A model generated the notes under the pieces. That model was not told the DNA's origin. It saw only the letters and a program-made list of their open reading frames with translations, and searched no databases. Position numbers and translations under genes: made by a program. Shown piece after piece: positions 36,786-45,371 of a stretch of DNA of 64,000 bases. The stretch lies in IMG/VR virus record IMGVR_UViG_3300049855_000348, positions 124,001-188,000 of that record; one strand, 5' to 3'. The first letter of the stretch is position 1. Every line of letters begins with the position of its first letter.

Positions 36786-37069
36786 GTGATGACTCCGTTC
36801 GTGAGATTCAGTTCTCCGACGTAGAGGTAGTTGTGCCCCTGGCTGATGGATGGGTCTGGGTAGTGGGCCGGTGGTTCGGCGAAGGTACACCCATCACCGA
36901 ACTTCAACAGCTTCAGATGTCCGAGCGTCTTGCTACCAAGATCGTGGTTTTGGTAAGCCGCCCACCGTCCACCACGTTCACGTACCGTTGTCAGTGCCTG
37001 TGGATGGATACACTTCCCCTCAGCATTTTCATTCTCGGGGTCGATGAGTTTGGCGACAGTGGTGGTCAT
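36782..37069 (-). CDS. Hypothetical protein (95 aa, MTTTVAKLID...)
   Basis: SD GAGGAA before the ATG at 37069. Confidence 0.7.
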   Translation of the reverse strand: MTTTVAKLIDPENENAEGKCIHPQALTTVRERGGRWAAYQNHDLGSKTLGHLKLLKFGDGCTFAEPPAHYPDPSISQGHNYLYVGELNLTNGVIT

Positions 37070-37094
37070 GTGATTCCTCGGGTTGATTGGTGTT

Positions 37095-37286
37095 TCAGCG
37101 TGAGATGTAGAAGCCAGCGCGATCCTTGCCGACGAGATCTTCGAGTTCTTTGTGAGCTTTGATGGCTGCCTGCTCAGCCTCAGCGAAAGCCAGCGCAGCA
37201 GCATGCCGCTTCTCACTGGCTGCTTTGGCAGCAGCACCGAGGGTGCGAGCGAGAGCATCGAAATCGGCAGCGGGTTTCTGACTCAT
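37095..37286 (-). CDS. Small helical hypothetical protein (63 aa, MSQKPAADF...)
   Basis: ATGA overlap with the upstream gene. Confidence 0.65.
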   Translation of the reverse strand: MSQKPAADFDALARTLGAAAKAASEKRHAAALAFAEAEQAAIKAHKELEDLVGKDRAGFYISR

Positions 37287-37564
37287 ACCATGACCTCCGT
37301 CTTGTGGGTGCTGTATTGTGGGCTGAAGATCGTCAGAGCCTTTACGACGCCATTCCATTCTTTCTTGATGATTTCCTCCGCCTCTGCGAGCACAGCGTTC
37401 ATCTCGGCACCGTAGCGGATCCACGCCTGCTTTCTGCCGTTGATGGTGAACGTGATGAGGTATGGCTTCAGACCATTGACCTCTCCCAGCTTGAAGAAGG
37501 ACGCCTTGGTGTATTCCACCCAGGCACCTTCGTATTCGGCGGTCTTTTTGTCTTCGTTGTTCAT
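37283..37564 (-). CDS. Hypothetical early protein (93 aa, MNNEDKK...), apparently leaderless
   Basis: ATG lies 6 nt after the -10 hexamer TATACT. Confidence 0.75.
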   Translation of the reverse strand: MNNEDKKTAEYEGAWVEYTKASFFKLGEVNGLKPYLITFTINGRKQAWIRYGAEMNAVLAEAEEIIKKEWNGVVKALTIFSPQYSTHKTEVMV

Positions 37565-37570
37565 GTCCAC

Positions 37571-37598
37571 AGTATAGCGACTAAAAGGTCGCTGTCAA
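37571..37598 (-). promoter_or_regulatory. Sigma70-type promoter TTGACA-16-TATACT with a perfect GCGAC-N6-GTCGC palindrome as its spacer
   Basis: Minus strand TTGACA GCGAC CTTTTA GTCGC TATACT gtggac ATG. Confidence 0.9.
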
Positions 37599-37602
37599 CA
37601 CC

Positions 37603-37686
37603 CTATCCGAACAGCGCCTTGAGGCGGAACAGGAAGCTCGGCTTCGTGACGGGGTAGCGGCCAGCGGAGTTTGAGGTGTTACGCAC
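37603..37686 (-). CDS. Possible micro-protein (27 aa, MRNTSNSAGRYPVTKPSFLFRLKALFG), not in ORF track
   Basis: GTG start with AGGA 7 nt upstream; codons typical of this genome; fills an intergenic gap. Confidence 0.4.
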   Translation of the reverse strand: MRNTSNSAGRYPVTKPSFLFRLKALFG

Positions 37687-37737
37687 GGTGTGTTCCTACT
37701 AGGGGGAGGCGTTCTGTTTTCTAGAAAATAGAATGGG

Positions 37738-37950
37738 TTAGCGACCACGTGGGGATGGTTCGCCGTCCTTCTGGACGTAGGGGGCGATCTTCACACCCGG
37801 ATTCCAACGTTTCGCAAACGCCGCCTTGTTTCTCTCCCAATGGGCAAGAGCAGCCTCTTCACCCCGTTCGCTTGCGAGGTATTCGTAGATCAAGCCATCG
37901 CTGACGTTGACGTAGAGGTGGACGAGAGGGAGTTCGGCGGTGGTGCTCAT
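37738..37950 (-). CDS. Hypothetical early protein (70 aa), apparently leaderless
   Basis: ATG 6 nt after a perfect TATAAT. Confidence 0.75.
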   Translation of the reverse strand: MSTTAELPLVHLYVNVSDGLIYEYLASERGEEAALAHWERNKAAFAKRWNPGVKIAPYVQKDGEPSPRGR

Positions 37951-37956
37951 GCCCAG

Positions 37957-37984
37957 ATTATAGCGACACTTTAGTCTAAGTCAA
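37957..37984 (-). promoter_or_regulatory. Sigma70-type promoter TTGACT-16-TATAAT with a TAGAC-N6-GTCGC spacer
   Basis: Minus strand TTGACT TAGAC TAAAGT GTCGC TATAAT ctgggc ATG. Confidence 0.9.
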
Positions 37985-38019
37985 CACCTTCCTCAACACC
38001 GGTCATGGCTACATAAGCC

Positions 38020-38196
38020 ATGAACCTCAAGCCCCTCGTCGAAGATACCTGTTCCGGCAACGTGGCTGCATTTACCCGGGCTCGCATTGGTGGCGGGGAT
38101 GACAAGGTCGTCCGCAAGCCTGTAGAAAAGAAGAAGGGTACCGGACTCAAGCCCGGTACCCTCTTCGACTTCGTCAACGGCTACAAGAAACGCTAG
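38020..38196 (+). CDS. 58-aa protein carrying a copy of the predicted mature capsid N-terminus (LVE|DTCSGNVAAFTR), not in ORF track
   Basis: MNLKPLVEDTCSGNVAAFTRARIGGGDDKVVRKPVEKKKGTGLKPGTLFDFVNGYKKR; gcTACATA-agcc-ATG upstream; 11/13 identity to capsid residues 55-67. Confidence 0.8.
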   Translation: MNLKPLVEDTCSGNVAAFTRARIGGGDDKVVRKPVEKKKGTGLKPGTLFDFVNGYKKR

Positions 38197-39569
38197 CCGG
38201 CAAGCTGACCGGTTGCCTTGAGCAATCCGTTCAGCAGATCTTCAGCCGAGGCCGAGGCACCTGCCGGGGGTGGATTGCTGACCGGTGGAGCCTGCTGGAC
38301 CGACGATTGAGCCACGACCGGGGGCACAACAGGGTTCGTCGATACCGAGGGCGGTACGGGCATCCCAGCGTCACTGCGGATGGCAGCCTTGATGTCAGAG
38401 ACCTTCTCCAGGTCCTCCAACTTGGGCATGCTCACCCGGGTTGATGGCAGGGTAGCAGGAGCCGAGTGCAGGGGCGGCGGCACATGCTGGTGGCTGGTGG
38501 TGGGCTCGGCTGGCTTGAAGACCACAACCGGTTCCTGAGGCTGTGCGGTCGGACCATTGATCGGCACCCCACCCTCCTTGAACAAGCTCTGCTGGCCTTT
38601 GCTGGCGTTCTCCTTGGCGATCACGGCGTCAGACTCGGCGATGAGCGCCTTGTATGCCTTCTCAGCGTCGGTGATGTTCTTGGCCCCGGTGACGGTCTCG
38701 ATCTGCTCCGGAGTGAACATGCTACGGCTGTTCAACTCGTCGACCATCTTTTTGAGATCGGCGTCGATCTGTTCCTTGGTGCGACGACCACGCTGAACCG
38801 TTCCAGAGATCGGCGGCTTGCTGCTACCAACACCAGTCAGGATCTGCTTGGTATCGGTGGTGACACCGGCTGTCTGAGCGGGTGATCCGAGGCTGGGCGG
38901 GGTGGCCGGCTGACCGTTGTTGCTGAAGGGGAGCGATGTCACCTCGTAGATGTCCGGCACTTCAATGTCGATCCAGTCGACCGCATCCATCATCATCTCC
39001 ATCGCCCAGTCGGTCGAATAGAGAGGGAAACTACCAAGCTGACGAGCCGCGATCTCCGCTTCGGCCAGGATGACACCGAACACATAGCGATCAGGAACCT
39101 GACCAGCACCGCCGATGGTGCCGAGTTTGATGAGACGACCGGCGATATCGGCATCGTAGTCCTTCACCACACGGTTTTTCACGTCGGTGCCGGAGAGTTC
39201 CAGCGTCGCAAAAGTGGCGGTTACCAGACCAAACGAGCAATCCCACTTCACGCGGGCATTGAGTGATGCCATCAGACGCTGTTGGTCACTGACCATCAGG
39301 CAACCTTTGTCGTTGCCCTCAAGTTTGTTCTTCAGGTACCAACCCCAGACCTCGTTCGAGTTGATGTTCTGGACTCGACTGGTGTTGTCCAAGCTGATGA
39401 TGTTCTTCTCAGCATCGAACTTGAAATTCTTGTGGTTGGCCTGGATCGCCTTGAGCAGGTACTTCACCGGCACGCCGATGACACGCGCCATCTCGAAGGC
39501 GGTGAACTTCGGCAAGACATCCTTGCTGAGCTTGATCGACTCGACGATGGATTCACGAGTGATTTTCAT
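38193..39569 (-). CDS. Hypothetical protein (458 aa): possible N-terminal HTH-like segment and a Pro-rich C-terminal tail
   Basis: ATGA overlap; TAFEMARVIGVPVKYLLKAI looks helix-turn-helix-like (weak). Confidence 0.75.
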   Translation of the reverse strand: MKITRESIVESIKLSKDVLPKFTAFEMARVIGVPVKYLLKAIQANHKNFKFDAEKNIISLDNTSRVQNINSNEVWGWYLKNKLEGNDKGCLMVSDQQRLMASLNARVKWDCSFGLVTATFATLELSGTDVKNRVVKDYDADIAGRLIKLGTIGGAGQVPDRYVFGVILAEAEIAARQLGSFPLYSTDWAMEMMMDAVDWIDIEVPDIYEVTSLPFSNNGQPATPPSLGSPAQTAGVTTDTKQILTGVGSSKPPISGTVQRGRRTKEQIDADLKKMVDELNSRSMFTPEQIETVTGAKNITDAEKAYKALIAESDAVIAKENASKGQQSLFKEGGVPINGPTAQPQEPVVVFKPAEPTTSHQHVPPPLHSAPATLPSTRVSMPKLEDLEKVSDIKAAIRSDAGMPVPPSVSTNPVVPPVVAQSSVQQAPPVSNPPPAGASASAEDLLNGLLKATGQLAG

Positions 39570-40363
39570 GAGTCGGCTCCCTTATGAGCGAGTTGTTGAC
39601 CGGTGATGGTGATCGTGCCGGAAGTGGTGACGATGTGGACATAGCCGCTGTCGGCTTCCACCTCGATGTCGAGCACGACACCACCACGACACTTGCTGTC
39701 TGGTGTGGTATCGAGTCGACCGAAGAGCTTGGAAGAGAGTTCGGTGTGAAGCTGTTGGAAAGGACGTTCCAGACCGTTGGCCTGAATCAGTGTCTTGGCC
39801 GTCGAATAGGTCGCTTCGTTCTGTGCCAGCGCATAGGCAGCTTCCAGCATCGACTGGAGTTTCTTGTGATCGGTGCGCGGCGGCTTGACGGTGATATTCA
39901 CTGGTCTTTGCGGGGCTGCGATGGTTGGAGCCGGAGCACCAGGAGCGACAGCAGGGGCGCTAGTCGCTGGGCGTGTTGGATCTACCGGGCGCAGATGCTT
40001 TCCAGCCGCAAGGGTTGACGGAGCGACCGCAGCCACGGTGACACCAGACTCACTGATGGGTGAACCGAGCGGAATCGGGCCATTCTCTTCGTGCGGTCGA
40101 GGAACAGCACCTCCAGCACCCATGATCTCAGGAACCGAACCTTCTTCACTGTCGAGATTGATCGCCTTTTTCGGATCGAACGACACGCTCTTGTTCATCT
40201 GAGTTGGTGTCTTCTTCTCATTGAGGACAGTGACGATCTCGGTGTCGTTCAGTTGTCCGAACAGAGCGGCGGTCCATCCGAGAGATTTCACCTTGTGCCA
40301 GATAACACCCTTGGCGATCATGTTCCCTTTGTATGGAATCAGTTCATCGTGATCAAAAGCCAT
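39566..40363 (-). CDS. Hypothetical protein (265 aa, MAFDHDEL...)
   Basis: ATG at 40363 lies 7 nt after the resolvase stop; the longer tracked start overlaps the resolvase. Confidence 0.7.
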   Translation of the reverse strand: MAFDHDELIPYKGNMIAKGVIWHKVKSLGWTAALFGQLNDTEIVTVLNEKKTPTQMNKSVSFDPKKAINLDSEEGSVPEIMGAGGAVPRPHEENGPIPLGSPISESGVTVAAVAPSTLAAGKHLRPVDPTRPATSAPAVAPGAPAPTIAAPQRPVNITVKPPRTDHKKLQSMLEAAYALAQNEATYSTAKTLIQANGLERPFQQLHTELSSKLFGRLDTTPDSKCRGGVVLDIEVEADSGYVHIVTTSGTITITGQQLAHKGADS

Positions 40364-40370
40364 GGTTTCT

Positions 40371-41015
40371 TTACCTGTAAATGGTGATTTTAGCGGCAAC
40401 ATCAAGATCGTCCTTACGAACGCCCAAAGTGCCAGGAATGGGTTTCGCATAGGCAACCAGTGATATCCGTCCTAAGACATAGGCGTCAGCGATATTGTTG
40501 TCGCTGGATTCAAAAGTCCAGCGTTTGTAGACCCCGAGCATCACTTGGTCCTTCTCACACGTCCCTTTGCCGGTGGCGAACTTCTTCAGTCCATTGGTGC
40601 CACAGCAGGCGAAGTGCCAGTCGGTCCTGCTCATCATGATTCTGAAGTGCCAGCCCAGACCACCGAGCTTGGCCATCTGATGAGCTTGAGAGAAGGCGAA
40701 GTCTTCCATCACCGCACAGACCTTGCGACCAGCAGCGATCTCGGTGACAAACTTGTAGGTCTCACTGAACAAAGTGACGATGCGGTGGACTTCATCCATC
40801 GGCGTCGAGCCGGCCTTGGTAGAGATCAGTTTCTGGCCAAGCAATGTGCCCTGGTCGTCAAAGATACAGACGCCAGTGCCGGTCATCGACTGGTCGATGC
40901 CAACATAGACCCCACCCTTCACCCAGGGAGAGACTTGCACGCATGCGGGTACGAGGTTCTTTTTCTTAGCCACTGACACCCTTCCGTCGCGCCCATCGAC
41001 GTTCGTGTTCGACAT
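40371..41015 (-). CDS. ruvC: RuvC-like Holliday junction resolvase (start 41015 or GTG 40973)
   Basis: VGIDQSMTGTG, VMEDFAF, LKKFATGKG...KDQV and NIADAYVL: RuvC acidic catalytic residues. Confidence 0.85.
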   Translation of the reverse strand: MSNTNVDGRDGRVSVAKKKNLVPACVQVSPWVKGGVYVGIDQSMTGTGVCIFDDQGTLLGQKLISTKAGSTPMDEVHRIVTLFSETYKFVTEIAAGRKVCAVMEDFAFSQAHQMAKLGGLGWHFRIMMSRTDWHFACCGTNGLKKFATGKGTCEKDQVMLGVYKRWTFESSDNNIADAYVLGRISLVAYAKPIPGTLGVRKDDLDVAAKITIYR

Positions 41016-41226
41016 TCACCGCTGCGACTTCTTCAGCTTTCAGCGATGGTGACGTGAGCGCACGGAAGTGTTCAGCCTTGAGGCGGATCTCATGTGCGAC
41101 ACGACGCAGTTCGGCTTGGGCCACACCTGCGCCGTGCCCGCCAGCCGCTACCTTCTCTCGATTCAAACGCTGGCTGTTGGCCAGGGTCACGAGATCGTCA
41201 AAGATGCGGATGGCGTCAGGAGTCAT
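40966..41226 (-). CDS. Small helical hypothetical protein (86 aa)
   Basis: TGATG overlap with the upstream gene. Confidence 0.7.
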   Translation of the reverse strand: MTPDAIRIFDDLVTLANSQRLNREKVAAGGHGAGVAQAELRRVAHEIRLKAEHFRALTSPSLKAEEVAAVNVEHERRWARRKGVSG

Positions 41227-41777
41227 CAGACGTGGTTGTAGCCGTCCCCACCGTTATCGACGATGCTCTTGGCAGCAACGTTGATCGATGGAGCGGTACC
41301 AGACTTCGGCCAGTTGGTGTCGAGATCGCGGTTGGCGATATCGGTTTCGTTGACGATGAACGGACGGATCAGACGTTCAGCCCATCCACCGACTTCAACC
41401 TGAGCCAAGGTGGCTGACTTGTAGAGGATCATGCGACCTTCGTCGCCGACCTGAGCACCTGCGGACATGATCTTTTCGATCACACCGCCACCAACGACAG
41501 CGCGGGTCGTGTAGGTGTACTCGGATGACGACTTGAGGAACGTGTAGTCCTGGTTCGGTTTGAGACCACTGTTGGTCGGCACGAAGCCAGAGCCATGCAC
41601 CGTCGGGACACGCAGAACTTTTGACGGCACCTCTTTCTGCGCTGTCAGACCCGGCTGAACAACGAAGTTCATGTCCCCGATGGTGAACTGGAGGACCTGA
41701 TTCTTCTGGTTGTTCTGCGTCTGGAGTGCAGGGTTCTGATTCACTGCCGTCGAATCAAATGGATAGGTGGCGAGCAT
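41226..41777 (-). CDS. Late-expressed beta-rich hypothetical protein (183 aa, MLATYPF...), possible tail/baseplate component
   Basis: gcTACATA (41796-41801), then GGAG SD, then ATG 41777 argue for this start rather than 41849. The structural role is inference. Confidence 0.6.
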   Translation of the reverse strand: MLATYPFDSTAVNQNPALQTQNNQKNQVLQFTIGDMNFVVQPGLTAQKEVPSKVLRVPTVHGSGFVPTNSGLKPNQDYTFLKSSSEYTYTTRAVVGGGVIEKIMSAGAQVGDEGRMILYKSATLAQVEVGGWAERLIRPFIVNETDIANRDLDTNWPKSGTAPSINVAAKSIVDNGGDGYNHV

Positions 41778-41845
41778 GGCGTGTTTCTCCACGCCTATGT
41801 AGCTGGACGCAGCGAAAATCAGAGTCAGGAGGGCCAGGGTCCTGA

Positions 41846-44800
41846 TCATACCGGTTTGATCGCCCAGGAGGTCTGCTCATCGACCATGGTGGCCACGATG
41901 GTACCAGCACGGCTGGAACCCGGCACATCGGCGTGGGTGATGACGAAGATCCGCTTCACCCGATTGACCATGGAAGCGATCAGATCCTGCACGGCACGGC
42001 GACCCTTCACGTCGAGGGCGTCGAAGACTTCGTCGAGGGCCAAGAAGCCGGCACGGTGCCGAGAACGCTGACGGGCCAACTCGAAGATCGAGAATAGCGC
42101 AGCCAGATCGGTCCACTTGCGCTGACCGCCTGAGCGCCGGCCATACCGTTCCTGGTAGGTCAGATCCGAGTTGAAGGTGAGGGTCATCTTCCCGCCGAAG
42201 TGTTGTCCGATGTAGGACTGGACGACGAGATTGAGTTGTTTCACGCTCTGGTCAAGCAGGAAACCCCTCATGGAGCCCTTAGCGGCAAAAGCCTTGTCCC
42301 AGAACGTGATGTAAGCCGATTTCAGGTCCAGGGCATGCGCCTGAGCCTTTGAGGTTTCCATCGCAGCGAACGCAGCCTGTCGGTCGGCGACCAAACGGTC
42401 CTTGGCGATCTTCAGAGCGGCAGCCGGGTCGGTGGCGGTGAGGTTGCGCTCCTCTTGAGCCAGGGCCGCCTCGGTAGCGGCTCCACCAGCCTCCAGGGCC
42501 GACTTTTCTTGCAGGAGGGCCGAGAGTTCCCCGGTGAGGCGTTTGTGCTCATCCTGAGCCTTCTGGAGGGCTTCTTTGGCCGAGACGAGATCCGTCACCG
42601 CCTGTGATGCCAGGATCAGATCGGCCTTGGTCCGGTAGGCACTCATGATGGCAAGTAGACCGTCGAGGATCCGCTGGAAGCCGGAGGCAGTGATGATGTC
42701 CTCCAGCCTCTCCGGCATGGGCAGGCACTGGTTGGCCTGTTCTGCGAATCGAGCATCGACCTGCTGCCGGCGTACGGCGATGGCCTGCAACCGAGCTTCC
42801 ATGTCCGGCAGGGACTTGGTCAGCGTTTCGAGCACGGTCTTGGCCGCAGCCAACTGGGCCAGGGTGGCGAGACCCTTGAGGGATTCATCAGCCTGAACTC
42901 GCAGTGCCTGGGCTTCGCTGATGAGTTTGGTCTGTTCGGCTTTGTAGGTCCGGTACCCTGCTCGCAGGCTCTCCAACTCAGCGTTGAGACCCTTCACCAC
43001 GTTGACCATCGATTCGCCATTGATCGAAGTCAGACACGTCGGGCAGTCACCACCAGTGGTGAGCTTTGAGAGCTTTTCAGCCTTCTGTGAGATCGGCGTT
43101 GCTTGCGTGGTGGTGGCCTCGGCCTTCGCACCTTCAGCCGCAGCCAACTGATCTTTCTGTGTTGCCTCTTGGCGGAGGACGTTGGCACGTTCATTGGCAG
43201 CAACCACTGCCGCTTCCTGTTTCAGTGCCGCTTCGAGACCAGTGATGCGATCACGAACAGTGCCGATCTCCGACTTGAGGATGTTCTCCTCGTTGGTGAT
43301 GTTGTTGTGATCGATGCAGCGGGAATTCCAAAGCGATTGAAAGCGAACGATGTTCTTGTTGGTCTCTTCCGCCTTGTCGACGTTGGCCTTCGCCTCGACA
43401 CGGATCGCCTCGACACCACCAGAGAGTAGTTGGACCTTCTCGGTCGCAGCCTTCACCACATCGTTGCTGTACTGAATAGTCTGCTCACCACTGGCTTCTG
43501 CATACATCAAACGTTCGCGTTCTTGACGCATCTTGACCTGATGGTCGTTCTTGCGCTGGGCCACTGAACTCAACATCACCTGATGATTCTTTTCAGCGTC
43601 GAGGATCTGCGTTTCGATGGCAGAGATCTGCGCTGCTGAGCGTTCGATTTCACCAGCACGAACCTTCTGAATGTTGGCCTGTTGTTCGAGTTGATCACTC
43701 ATGAGTTTCTTCAACTCACGAGTCTTCTCCAGGTAAGCGTCGAAGCGTTCGAGACCCAGCATCTCTTCGATCATGGCACGACGTTTCTTCTCGTCTCCGG
43801 TCATGAAGTTGGCCGTCACGTTTTGGCCCATGATGTAGGAACGACTGTAGGTCTCACGGTCGATGCCGATGAGATCGATGATCATCTTCTGGGTAGCTTT
43901 CGGATCACCCTTCTCGAATGACTCTTGATAGACGCCATCCTTGTAGACCTTCACACCAGTACCGCCGAGGTCGTGGTACTTGCGGAAGCGTTCGATGCTC
44001 CAGCCGTTGGCATGGTTCACCCGAACGTAGCAGTTCTTCCCCTTGCCGGTGAACTGAGGGTCGTAGACCACATCGTCAGCCTTCATCTCATCACGGATGG
44101 TCTCGCCGAAGTAGCACCAGAAGATAGCTTCGAGGAACGTGCTCTTGCCGGCACCGTTCTCACCTTCGAGGTACCACACGCCTGGACGCAGGTCATCAAA
44201 ATTGATGGTGATCTTTTCCTTCACACCAAGGAAGCCCTCAAGAGTCAGGCTGGAGACTTCACCATCGAAAGCCATGCCACCCTTTTCGGCATCTTGGAAA
44301 CGTGAATTCACCTCAGCGATGATCGATTTGCCGAACTGGATGGTGATGTCCACATCCAATTGACTATCGCCAGTGATGACCGACTTCACGAAGGGCTCGA
44401 CGAGGCCAGCGGCGGAGGTGGCTTCAACACCGAGGACTTCAACCTCCTGATCACGAATCGCTTTCTCGATGACCGACTCTTTGCGTACCGAGATGACACC
44501 GGCAGCTTCGAGCTTCAGTTGCAGGGCTTCGTGCTGCTCATCGGTGACGAGGTCGTCATAGATGACAGTGACGAAGCAGTCCTTGAGTGTGGTCAGATCC
44601 TGCGGCAGATCGCTGACACCGAGAACCTTGAAGGCATCGTGGTGTGGATTGAGGATGAACCGGTCGTTACCGGTATCCATGTCGAGGACCATGATACCAC
44701 GCTGGTCACCGGCATCGCCGAAATTGAACTGGAGGGGTGAGCCGCAATAGGTCACCCGGTGATCCATGCGCTGGAAGACGTGGAAGTGGCCAGAGTAGGT

Positions 44801-45337
44801 GGCCTTGAATGGGGCGAACACGTCGGGACCGACAGCACCAGAGAAGGTGGTCTTGTAGCGGGTGTTCTGTACCGCACCGTTGATGCCGAGGTGACCGAAC
44901 ACGGTCATCTTGGCGGCACGCTCGGGGAACTGCCGGGCGAAGTCCTGCACGAAGGCGACGATCTTCGACTGGTCTTCGTAGTAGGGGATGAACAGGAAAT
45001 GATCACCTACCGGGGTGATCTCACGGAAGACCTTGATCTTCGGATGCATATCCAGTCCGTCGAGACTGCTGACGGAGGTAGAATGCTTGAGGTTGAGATC
45101 GTGGTTGCCCAGGGTGAGGAACACCGGCCACTTGTCGGCGAGCTTGCGAAAGAAGTTGATGGCAGCCGACTGGCTGACCACATCGACCGCTTCACGGGTA
45201 ACCAGGGCATCACCCATGCAGACGACGGCCTGCACGCCTTGTCGTTGGAACTCTTCAATGATCCAGTCGCCGGTTTTGATGATGCGATCCAGCCCCTGTG
45301 GCTGGAAGTGGATGTCAGAGAAGATTCCAAGTTGCAT
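41846..45337 (-). CDS. Fused Mre11/SbcD (gp47-like) nuclease + Rad50/SbcC (gp46-like) ATPase in one ORF
   Basis: Metallophosphoesterase motifs SDIH, MGD, GNHD, GH and GHFH, then Walker A GENGAGKS, coiled coil with CPTC hook, signature SGGQ, Walker B LDEVFDALD and VITH; no intervening stop. Start 45337 or 45340. Confidence 0.93.
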   Translation of the reverse strand: MQLGIFSDIHFQPQGLDRIIKTGDWIIEEFQRQGVQAVVCMGDALVTREAVDVVSQSAAINFFRKLADKWPVFLTLGNHDLNLKHSTSVSSLDGLDMHPKIKVFREITPVGDHFLFIPYYEDQSKIVAFVQDFARQFPERAAKMTVFGHLGINGAVQNTRYKTTFSGAVGPDVFAPFKATYSGHFHVFQRMDHRVTYCGSPLQFNFGDAGDQRGIMVLDMDTGNDRFILNPHHDAFKVLGVSDLPQDLTTLKDCFVTVIYDDLVTDEQHEALQLKLEAAGVISVRKESVIEKAIRDQEVEVLGVEATSAAGLVEPFVKSVITGDSQLDVDITIQFGKSIIAEVNSRFQDAEKGGMAFDGEVSSLTLEGFLGVKEKITINFDDLRPGVWYLEGENGAGKSTFLEAIFWCYFGETIRDEMKADDVVYDPQFTGKGKNCYVRVNHANGWSIERFRKYHDLGGTGVKVYKDGVYQESFEKGDPKATQKMIIDLIGIDRETYSRSYIMGQNVTANFMTGDEKKRRAMIEEMLGLERFDAYLEKTRELKKLMSDQLEQQANIQKVRAGEIERSAAQISAIETQILDAEKNHQVMLSSVAQRKNDHQVKMRQERERLMYAEASGEQTIQYSNDVVKAATEKVQLLSGGVEAIRVEAKANVDKAEETNKNIVRFQSLWNSRCIDHNNITNEENILKSEIGTVRDRITGLEAALKQEAAVVAANERANVLRQEATQKDQLAAAEGAKAEATTTQATPISQKAEKLSKLTTGGDCPTCLTSINGESMVNVVKGLNAELESLRAGYRTYKAEQTKLISEAQALRVQADESLKGLATLAQLAAAKTVLETLTKSLPDMEARLQAIAVRRQQVDARFAEQANQCLPMPERLEDIITASGFQRILDGLLAIMSAYRTKADLILASQAVTDLVSAKEALQKAQDEHKRLTGELSALLQEKSALEAGGAATEAALAQEERNLTATDPAAALKIAKDRLVADRQAAFAAMETSKAQAHALDLKSAYITFWDKAFAAKGSMRGFLLDQSVKQLNLVVQSYIGQHFGGKMTLTFNSDLTYQERYGRRSGGQRKWTDLAALFSIFELARQRSRHRAGFLALDEVFDALDVKGRRAVQDLIASMVNRVKRIFVITHADVPGSSRAGTIVATMVDEQTSWAIKPV

Positions 45338-45343
45338 CATCTC

Positions 45344-45371
45344 ATCCTAGCGACATTTTGGTCTAAGTCAA
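45344..45371 (-). promoter_or_regulatory. Sigma70-type promoter TTGACT-16-TAGGAT with a TAGAC-N6-GTCGC spacer
   Basis: Minus strand TTGACT TAGAC CAAAAT GTCGC TAGGAT gagATGATG; the second ATG is 6 nt from the -10 hexamer. Confidence 0.85.

Noticed and set aside
37971-38177. Tracked 68-aa minus-strand ORF
   Set aside because: It is antisense to the better supported 58-aa plus-strand gene and runs into a promoter.
41778-41849. Apparent signal peptide (MIRTLALLTLIFAASS) implying a secreted protein in the recombination operon
   Set aside because: A late motif plus a GGAG SD lie inside this stretch and point to the ATG at 41777. It is not fully excluded, because the ATG at 41849 overlaps the upstream stop.
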